Shown: piece by piece, positions 57,291 to 64,000 of the stretch
Position numbering within the stretch: position 1 is the first letter of the stretch
Layout: each line of letters begins with the position of its first letter
DNA from: a virus
DNA length: 64,000 nt
Reading direction: 5' to 3' (one strand)
UHGV virus genome: UHGV-0200554
Made by a program: the position numbers and the translations under genes
Notes under the pieces: generated by a model
What the model saw: only the letters and a program-made list of their open reading frames with translations
What the model was told of the DNA's origin: nothing
Databases searched by the model: none

Positions 57291-58433
57291 ATGACAGATA
57301 TCTACAACGATAAAGTTGTACACGCCGAGGTGGCTCTTGGTAAAGACGCTGCATCGGGTGGCAACAGGACTTCTCTGGATAAAGAGGCTTTACGAAGTTA
57401 TGTTCTTGCTGCTAGAGAGGCGGCTAACAAAGCTAAAGTGGCTTCAGAAGAGGCAGCTTTATCACGAGACGCTTCCCAAGCAAACGCTAACAATGCATCG
57501 ATTTCCGCAACCAATGCACAAGATAGTGCAGATCGTGCAGAATCAGCAGCTAACGCAGCCGAATTATCTTCCTCTTCTGCTGAGGGCAGTGCAACTGCCG
57601 CTGCCTTATCTGCAACGCAAGCATCCGCTGATGCATCTACAGCAACACAAGCAAAAGATGACGCTGTTGCAGCCTCTGGTGTGGCAACCCAACAAGCAGC
57701 AAATGCTGAATCATCTGCCGATACATCCGCTGAAAGTGCAGATGCAGCAGCAGCAAGTGCCGCTTCTGCTCAAGGATCTGCAACTTCTGCTTCCGGTTCT
57801 GCCACGACTGCAACAGAGAAAGCAACAGCAGCGAACAAATCTGCCACCGCAGCAAAAACGTCAGAGACTAATGCCAAAACCTCTGAAACCAACGCCGCAA
57901 GCTCAGCTAGTGCAGCATCCGTTTCAGAAAGCAATGCTTCTGATTCTGCAACAGCAGCAGAGTCTTCAGCGACTTCTGCAAGATCGAGTGCTTCAAGTGC
58001 ATCGACAAGCGCCAGCACAGCCACTACTAAAGCGAACGAAGCTGCAACCAGCGCCACTGATGCTGCTAACAGTGCCAAATCCGCTTCTAATAGTGCATCA
58101 ACTGCGACAACAAAAGCAGGTGAAGCAAGTAAGTCAGCAACAGATGCTGCAAATTCAGCAAGCTCTGCTTCAGCAAGCAAAGATGCTGCTGCTGCCTCAG
58201 CCAGCGCCGCAGCTACCAGCGAAACCAAAGCAAAAGCCAGTGAAACTGCTGCTGCAAGCTCTGCTTCTTCGGCAGCCACCAAAGCATCCGAGGCTGCAAC
58301 ATCTGCCACTAACGCAGCAAAAAGTGCATCAGACGCTGCAAATAGTGTGGAGGAGGTAAAAGCACAGTTCGAACAGCGCCTTACTGAACTTGAGGCAAGA
58401 ATTGCTGCTCTTGAGGGTGCTAAAAATAATTGA
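57291..58433 (+). CDS. Ala/Ser-rich repetitive fibrous protein with C-terminal coiled coil (fibre/whisker-like)
   Basis: Long degenerate repeats (SATxAAxSAxxAAxS), C-terminal EEVKAQFEQRLTELEARIAALE. Confidence 0.5.
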   Translation: MTDIYNDKVVHAEVALGKDAASGGNRTSLDKEALRSYVLAAREAANKAKVASEEAALSRDASQANANNASISATNAQDSADRAESAANAAELSSSSAEGSATAAALSATQASADASTATQAKDDAVAASGVATQQAANAESSADTSAESADAAAASAASAQGSATSASGSATTATEKATAANKSATAAKTSETNAKTSETNAASSASAASVSESNASDSATAAESSATSARSSASSASTSASTATTKANEAATSATDAANSAKSASNSASTATTKAGEASKSATDAANSASSASASKDAAAASASAAATSETKAKASETAAASSASSAATKASEAATSATNAAKSASDAANSVEEVKAQFEQRLTELEARIAALEGAKNN

Positions 58434-58600
58434 CACAAAAACCGCTTGATGTATTATGCCTCCAACAAACAAGTTGGGGGCTTTTGCTATGAAACACTTT
58501 GAAGAGACTTAGGGTTGCATCTTTTGGATTATTGCAACACTGATGATCGGTCTGTTCTTTGTTGTACCTGGTGTGGAGGCTGCACGGACTATGCACCTTG

Positions 58601-58629
58601 TTGACAAAAAGAAAGTACAATGCTATAAT
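58601..58629 (+). promoter_or_regulatory. consensus sigma70 promoter TTGACA-17-TATAAT
   Basis: Perfect hexamers read directly. Confidence 0.65.
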
Positions 58630-58675
58630 AAACCTATGCGATAACGCATAACAACTAACTTAAGGGTAACGAGAA

Positions 58676-59140
58676 ATGCCAAACTTTAGACCTACTACAG
58701 AAATAGATTTAGTCGGACATAACTTCATCATAACCCATTGGTCCCCGATGGTGTGTATGCATAACCTGCCAAAGATTGGTAGGATTATCGCTGTGCCGAT
58801 GGGAGCTATTGGTGGTGAATTACTTAATGGTGGGAGAAATTTAGCAGAAGTGCTCCCAACAGCCTTAGTCTATCTGTTCGAACAACTTGATGACCAATCT
58901 ATTGACGAACTGTTTAAAATCCTCTTCAGCGATGTTACAGTAGACGGTGTGGACAAGGTGGATCCTGATAAACTCTTTACTGGCAATCTGTTTGCAATGC
59001 TTAAACTGGCTGGTAAGGTGCTGGAGGTAAATTACGGATCTTTTTTCACGCAAGAAGGTTTAGACGGCCTGATGTCGATGTTGCAGGGACTGCAAATGGC
59101 GAATCAGATCAACAGTCTGGACCAGGAAACTCAGGAATAA
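58676..59140 (+). CDS. tail assembly chaperone (G-like)
   Basis: Position immediately upstream of tape measure; followed by -1-frame ORF. Confidence 0.5.
   Translation: MPNFRPTTEIDLVGHNFIITHWSPMVCMHNLPKIGRIIAVPMGAIGGELLNGGRNLAEVLPTALVYLFEQLDDQSIDELFKILFSDVTVDGVDKVDPDKLFTGNLFAMLKLAGKVLEVNYGSFFTQEGLDGLMSMLQGLQMANQINSLDQETQE
59041..59047 (+). other. candidate -1 programmed ribosomal frameshift slippery heptamer T_TTT_TTC
   Basis: In 58676 frame codons are TTT TTC (SFF); -1 frame appears open from ~59017 through 59397. Confidence 0.4.
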
Positions 59141-59151
59141 GCAAAGTCGTA

Positions 59152-59397
59152 TTGCAGGCCAGCGAGTGGGCAAGGAAACATAGCTCACTCAGCTGGTTCG
59201 ATTTCCTGTGGTGTAAAGTGTTGAAAGGGTTTCGTGGTGAGAACTATGAATCTCTCAATAGCGCCGACATGGACTACTTCTTGATGTTGTGTGAGTATCT
59301 TGACATAGAAGAGTTCCTTGACGGTGTTCAGAACAAAGAGTTTGAGAGAGAGCAAGAAGCCAGGATAGCCCAGGCAAAAGCGAAACGTAGACGTTAA
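59152..59397 (+). CDS. tail assembly chaperone C-terminal extension ORF (T-like), probably expressed by -1 frameshift
   Basis: ORF in -1 frame relative to 58676..59140; TTG start in track. Confidence 0.45.
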   Translation: MQASEWARKHSSLSWFDFLWCKVLKGFRGENYESLNSADMDYFLMLCEYLDIEEFLDGVQNKEFEREQEARIAQAKAKRRR

Positions 59398-59402
59398 AGC
59401 AG

Positions 59403-59437
59403 AGGGCTGGTTCCGAAAGGATCCGGCCCTTTTTATT
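59403..59437 (+). terminator. hairpin + T-run (GGGCTGG...CCGGCCC + TTTTT)
   Basis: Read directly. Confidence 0.5.
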
Positions 59438-59454
59438 ACTAACCAGGAGAGAAT

Positions 59455-61809
59455 ATGGCTGGTAACAAAGTGGTTGCCACAACCACAAACCGAATTACAT
59501 TTGAGATTGACAACAATAGCTACAAAAAAGCTATTGAAAGAATTAAAGGATTAGGCAGAGAGTTTACAAAGCTGGGCGATTCTTTGGGAAAGGGGAATCC
59601 TCTGAAAGCCTGGCAAGCATCAATGGAGAAGACTGGTCAGATTGTTCAGAGGGTACAGAATAAACAGTTGCAACAGCAACGCCGTATGCATCAGGAAGCT
59701 GTATCCCAGGCCAAACGTGAAGCTGCTGTACGATCTGCGATAGAAAAACGTGAGAATGCCAGAAGGAAACAGGTTGTCGGTCAGATGACTGCCAAAGATC
59801 CTGAATTGGTGAGAATGCGTAAATTCTATCAGGAGCAATCTAAGTTGGCTAAGAAAAGTGGTGGCTTAGGTGGTTCCTACTTCTCCAACAAACCAGTCTC
59901 ACCTCGTGCTCTGTCCAGAGCAAATACCTTCAGATATATCCCAGGTAACCCCAACATGGGGGGTGTAGCTTCCAACCCTGCACTTGTTCGTGCCCAGACT
60001 GCCGCTATGAATAGATGGCATAAGCAGAATGGTGGTACAGGAGGCTCAGGAACGCCAAGGCGCAACAATGTAGGCATGGATAGGCTAACACACCTTACCA
60101 ATATGTCAACGCGTCTGACAGCTCGTTATGGGGCTAATTTCAGGGATATGCTTGGCGGCTACCGTCAGGTTGAACAGCAATACGCAAAAGGGTTGATAGG
60201 TAAGTCAACTTTCAACGCCCAGATCGCTGCAATGCAGAAGGGGTTTGCTAATGCTGCTGCCGGAACCATGTCTTTGAGCACTGCCTTCAATAAACTAAGA
60301 ACAACAGTCATGGATCTGACCAAAGCATACACTGCATTCTCTGCAATTGTTAGTGTTAACAGGTCTGGTCACATGATGGAAGGTGCGAGTGCTGCTCTCA
60401 CTAACGTTATGGGTGATCCTACGAAAGCTAACGCGGAAGTTGCATTCGTGCAAAGTGAGGCTATGAGATTAGGCTTCGACCTGAAATCAGGTCTGCAAGG
60501 TTACGCTCAAATGGCAGTAAACGCCAAAAACCAAATGACAGGGCAGGAAGTCCGTGATCTGTTCTCTGCTTATTCGCAATATGCTGCGTCTTATGGTGCT
60601 GATGAAGTGAAATACCAACGTGGTATTATGGCAATCCAGCAAATGCTCGGCAAAGGGCAGGTAATGTCGGAGGAACTAAAACAACAATTGGCAGAGGCAA
60701 TGCCGGGTGCTTACGAGCCGTTCATTAAAGCAACAAAAGAGGCTTTCAACCTGTCCGAGCTGACTATGGAACAGTTCATGGACATGATGCAGAAAGGCCA
60801 GGTCAAAACAGCCAAAGTAATGAAATATGTTGCTAAGTACATGAACGAAGCATCTGCTGCTGGTTATGAACGTATGCAGAAATCTAACGTTCTGGCTGAA
60901 AACCGTTTGAAAACTTTCATCGAATTAACCAAACAGAAACTGTTCACTACATGGTCAGATGAACTTACCGAGTTCTATTACACCCTGATCCGTACAGGTG
61001 AAACATTCACCCCTATGATTATGCAAGCTGGTGAGTTTGTATCTGGCTTTATCCAAGGTCTGAACGACATTGTTGGTGAATTGAATAATACAATTGTTAG
61101 TATTCGTATCTGGTGGTTGCAAGTCAGAGATCACTTTGGTCTGCTGAAAAAAGAAGTCAAAGATACAAGCAACACTGTTGATGAAACCTTCAGCAAAGCT
61201 AAGTGGGTGGGCTATGCATTCTCCATCTTAGTTGTTGTTAGCGCTGTTGGTAGATTGTTAAAAATCATCAAAGCTGTTGCCGCAACCTTAGGTATGATTA
61301 AAGCTGCGGGTGGTATAGCAGGTGCTATAGGTGGTGCCGCAGGTGGCGCAGCTGCCGGAGGAGCAGCGGCAGGAGGTGCAGCAGCCATGGCTAAGAAAGG
61401 ATTGTTTGCAAGGATACTTGGTGGCCTGTGGAAATACAAAGGACCATTAGCTATTGGCTACATGGGGTATGAAGGTGCCAACCTGATTGACGAATGGATG
61501 CAAAACTACCATCAGGAAACTGACGTGACTAAGCATCCGCAGTGGCTTGTTGATGGTGTTAATGGTATTTCATCTTTCTTTGGCTTGGACTACCGCATGG
61601 ATAATCCAATTACCTACAGAGCTAATCCAACCCCAAGTACACCTTTGGATCCGTTCCAATCTTTCAACGTTCCTCCGATTCCTCTGGAAATTGGTGAGGG
61701 TAAAATTACAATTGAGTTTGACGCTGCTCAGTTCGAAGAAATGCTGGATGCAAGGTTTGAATGGGAAAACTGGAAAGATATTAACTTGTTTGCAAGTCCT
61801 AATAACTAA
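59455..61809 (+). CDS. tail tape measure protein
   Basis: 784 aa; long helical regions plus Gly/Ala-rich hydrophobic segment; position after chaperone pair. Confidence 0.75.
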   Translation: MAGNKVVATTTNRITFEIDNNSYKKAIERIKGLGREFTKLGDSLGKGNPLKAWQASMEKTGQIVQRVQNKQLQQQRRMHQEAVSQAKREAAVRSAIEKRENARRKQVVGQMTAKDPELVRMRKFYQEQSKLAKKSGGLGGSYFSNKPVSPRALSRANTFRYIPGNPNMGGVASNPALVRAQTAAMNRWHKQNGGTGGSGTPRRNNVGMDRLTHLTNMSTRLTARYGANFRDMLGGYRQVEQQYAKGLIGKSTFNAQIAAMQKGFANAAAGTMSLSTAFNKLRTTVMDLTKAYTAFSAIVSVNRSGHMMEGASAALTNVMGDPTKANAEVAFVQSEAMRLGFDLKSGLQGYAQMAVNAKNQMTGQEVRDLFSAYSQYAASYGADEVKYQRGIMAIQQMLGKGQVMSEELKQQLAEAMPGAYEPFIKATKEAFNLSELTMEQFMDMMQKGQVKTAKVMKYVAKYMNEASAAGYERMQKSNVLAENRLKTFIELTKQKLFTTWSDELTEFYYTLIRTGETFTPMIMQAGEFVSGFIQGLNDIVGELNNTIVSIRIWWLQVRDHFGLLKKEVKDTSNTVDETFSKAKWVGYAFSILVVVSAVGRLLKIIKAVAATLGMIKAAGGIAGAIGGAAGGAAAGGAAAGGAAAMAKKGLFARILGGLWKYKGPLAIGYMGYEGANLIDEWMQNYHQETDVTKHPQWLVDGVNGISSFFGLDYRMDNPITYRANPTPSTPLDPFQSFNVPPIPLEIGEGKITIEFDAAQFEEMLDARFEWENWKDINLFASPNN

Positions 61810-61816
61810 CTTTTCA

Positions 61817-61843
61817 GGGGCCTTTATGGCCCCTTTTCTTTTA
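61817..61843 (+). terminator. intrinsic terminator (GGGGCC-loop-GGCCCC + TTTTCTTTT)
   Basis: Read directly. Confidence 0.65.
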
Positions 61844-61849
61844 TGTAAC

Positions 61850-61878
61850 TTGTAAAAACCACATTTCTATGGTATAAT
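61850..61878 (+). promoter_or_regulatory. sigma70-like promoter TTGTAA-17-TATAAT
   Basis: Read directly. Confidence 0.5.
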
Positions 61879-61912
61879 TATGAAATGGTGACTACTAGCA
61901 ACTGGAGAGGTT

Positions 61913-62794
61913 ATGCCCTATACACCTGGTGTATCAACAGTGGTTGATGAGAAAGACCTGAATAAACCTCATCTGGTCAGGTCAGAAAAGGCAAAAGAAG
62001 CTGAGAAACAAACAGAGGACGTGCAGTTCACACTGTTTATCAGTGGGCTTAATTATGGTGGTCGTAACATTGAGCTGAAAGGTAAAAACTTCACCAACGA
62101 TATCGCTATCATATTTGACCAGATTGAGAATTACACTTTTGACAGAAGTATTGATAAATCCCAATTTGCAGTAGAAGATCGTGTTACAATTTCGGATCAC
62201 GCAGTGATCAAAGATGCAGTGTTCTCCTTCACAGGTAGGGTGAATACTTCCCCACACATCATCTACGAACAAAACTATATTGACAGAAACACTGACCCAG
62301 AAAGACCAGCAGACTCTGCAAGACCTGAGGCTGCATTGCAGGCAATGGGTGAAGTCATCAAGAGAAGACAACTGGTTACATTGGTAACTGAGGAAGCTGT
62401 CCTTGAAAACTACATCGTTACCAAGTGCAGTGCGAAGAAAAGCACAGGTGAGGGAGCTGCTCTGGTGTTTGATGTTGAGCTGACAGAGTTCAGAACTTTT
62501 GTCCTCAACAAAATGGTTAATGCGACTGTCTACACCAATCCTAAAAAAATTGATAAATCAAAACAGAAAGGTGCGGTTAACGATTGCACGAAGGATAGTA
62601 ATGTTGGTAACTCAAATAATGGTCCGTATGCAGATACGACCTATACCAATGCTGCTGAGAAGTGGAACAGCCAGAAAAATATCCAGCTCAAAAATTCCGG
62701 TATGACTGTTCAGGAAGCCTATCGTCAAGAGTACGGTGGTAACTCTACAATAGTCCCCTCTGAGCAAGGTAACTACATGCATGACAACAAATAA
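61913..62794 (+). CDS. tail/baseplate-proximal structural protein (293 aa)
   Basis: ORF after tape measure. Confidence 0.45.
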   Translation: MPYTPGVSTVVDEKDLNKPHLVRSEKAKEAEKQTEDVQFTLFISGLNYGGRNIELKGKNFTNDIAIIFDQIENYTFDRSIDKSQFAVEDRVTISDHAVIKDAVFSFTGRVNTSPHIIYEQNYIDRNTDPERPADSARPEAALQAMGEVIKRRQLVTLVTEEAVLENYIVTKCSAKKSTGEGAALVFDVELTEFRTFVLNKMVNATVYTNPKKIDKSKQKGAVNDCTKDSNVGNSNNGPYADTTYTNAAEKWNSQKNIQLKNSGMTVQEAYRQEYGGNSTIVPSEQGNYMHDNK

Positions 62795-62802
62795 GGTGGC
62801 GT

Positions 62803-63180
62803 ATGGAAATCAAAGAAATGTGTGTCATCACGTTTACATGGGACATTGATGGCTATGCAGACCAAACCATGCGTGTTGTGCTTGACAATGAAACCTACGA
62901 AATGCGACTGCAATGGAATGAGAGAGATGAGTCCTGGTGGTTATCCCTTGGGGCATTAGGTGATGATCCTTTGGTATGCAGAAAAGTTTGCAACTGCCAG
63001 GACATTCTTGATGGCCTCCATTACAGAGACGATTTGCCGAAAGGTAAGCTGATAGTTCTGTGCTTTAAAGATCAGCTCTACTGGGGCCGCTGCGGTCGCT
63101 ACAATATGGGTGCACGTTCTGAGCTGCAACTGGTGTATGGTACACCTGCAAGCCTCTACGATGAAATCTACATGGAGTGA
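62803..63180 (+). CDS. small tail/baseplate protein (125 aa)
   Basis: ORF position. Confidence 0.45.
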   Translation: MEIKEMCVITFTWDIDGYADQTMRVVLDNETYEMRLQWNERDESWWLSLGALGDDPLVCRKVCNCQDILDGLHYRDDLPKGKLIVLCFKDQLYWGRCGRYNMGARSELQLVYGTPASLYDEIYME

Positions 63181-63183
63181 TTT

Positions 63184-64000
63184 ATGGCTGAGTACAGACA
63201 CAGAACTTGGCGATTACTCTTTGGCAGATGTATTGACGCTAAAAGTAAATCCAAAATAGATATCCCGAAAGCAGTTCAAAAGCGTAATGAATCAGATTCC
63301 GGTGTCTATGAGATCAGCTCCGATACCGGATTCGCCAACATTGAGTTTGATTTGCAGAAAGATAATTCCAAAGAGCCAAACAAAGGCTATGTGGTTGTCT
63401 ACAACTTGTCAGATGATACAGTGAACTATCTTGATGCCCATCAAGCAGATGCTGTTGCTGTTCTGCTTGAAGCAGGCTATGATAACGATAACCAGGTTAT
63501 CTTCTCTGGTACAGTTGAGTTTGTGGAAGATACATGGGATGGGCCAACCCGTAAGACTAAACTGATCTTCGGCGATGGTACAGAGAACATCATCAAATGC
63601 CAGACAACAAGATCATATGCCAAAGGTACTCCGATGGATACGGTGTTGAATGATCTTTTAAACGATATGAATCTACCCCGTGGACGTGTGGTTAAGTTCG
63701 GCAATCAGACTTTGCAATATTCTATGGCTTTCTCCGGCAACACGGCTGAGAACCTTCGGAAGTTTGCACGTCTCACCAACTCTAATTTCAGCGTTCAAGA
63801 TGGCGCAGTTTATTGGACTAAGACGGGTAAACGGTTTAAAGATTCAGTCTATGAGATCAGCGCCGAGACTGGTATGCATGGTTCTCCTACACCTAAGAAC
63901 CCAGAACCTGCTAAAAAACGCAAAACAAAAGCTGCTGCTAAAAGTGGTGGCAAAAGCCCTATCACCGATGAGCAAGCTGGTGTAACTGGTAAGAAAAAGA
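63184..64000 (+). CDS. tail/baseplate protein, 5' portion (ORF continues beyond window; absent from track)
   Basis: Hand-translated from ATG 63184 with no stop to window end. Confidence 0.45.
   Translation, partial: MAEYRHRTWRLLFGRCIDAKSKSKIDIPKAVQKRNESDSGVYEISSDTGFANIEFDLQKDNSKEPNKGYVVVYNLSDDTVNYLDAHQADAVAVLLEAGYDNDNQVIFSGTVEFVEDTWDGPTRKTKLIFGDGTENIIKCQTTRSYAKGTPMDTVLNDLLNDMNLPRGRVVKFGNQTLQYSMAFSGNTAENLRKFARLTNSNFSVQDGAVYWTKTGKRFKDSVYEISAETGMHGSPTPKNPEPAKKRKTKAAAKSGGKSPITDEQAGVTGKKK

Noticed and set aside
57316-58438. Long ORFs 57316..58359 (+, other frame) and 57770..58438 (-) overlapping the Ala/Ser-rich gene
   Set aside because: Low-complexity artefacts of the GC-rich repetitive Ala/Ser codons; only the 57291..58433 frame has a promoter, RBS and coherent repeat structure.

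Overview
This 64-kb window reads as a densely packed genome segment of a tailed dsDNA phage with enterobacterial-style signals and no lysogeny genes in view. Positions and frames come from the supplied ORF track plus manual reading; hand-derived coordinates may be off by 1-2 nt, and no database search was run. Layout: (i) 1-2860 is an essentially non-coding, repeat-rich region with three perfect DnaA boxes, inverted iterons, direct repeats and an 11-bp tandem array, a candidate replication origin or control region. (ii) 3.8-36 kb is one long leftward (minus-strand) block of about 80 genes: anaerobic ribonucleotide reductase NrdD/NrdG, PhoH-like ATPase, ClpP-family protease, T4-gp1-like dNMP kinase fused to an HNH-AP2 endonuclease, HAD phosphatase, DnaQ-like exonuclease, endonuclease-VII-like and RuvC-like nucleases, lambda-R-type endolysin, Ser/Thr phosphatase, RNase H/FEN-type 5' nuclease, ATP-dependent DNA ligase, several homing-endonuclease-like genes, and many small unknown proteins. 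(iii) 36.0-37.0 kb is a control region with four tandem 17-bp palindromes. (iv) 38-64 kb is a rightward late module: Rha/Ant-like regulator, tRNA-Arg(UCU), spanin pair, large terminase, portal, scaffold, capsid, neck, sheath, tube, chaperone pair, tape measure and baseplate-proximal genes, bracketed by consensus sigma70-like promoters and intrinsic terminators. The most unusual feature is the large terminase gene, which appears doubly invaded: an intein in the Walker A P-loop and a group I intron (P, Q, R, S core elements) carrying an endonuclease-VII-type HNH homing endonuclease. I could not identify a single discrete novel system with confidence; the best candidates for undescribed biology are the 5' repeat/DnaA-box region, the four-palindrome control region, the small-protein paralogue family with tiny membrane peptides, the ClpP-like protease beside PhoH, and the zinc-ribbon/PD-(D/E)xK-like nuclease cassette inside the tail module.
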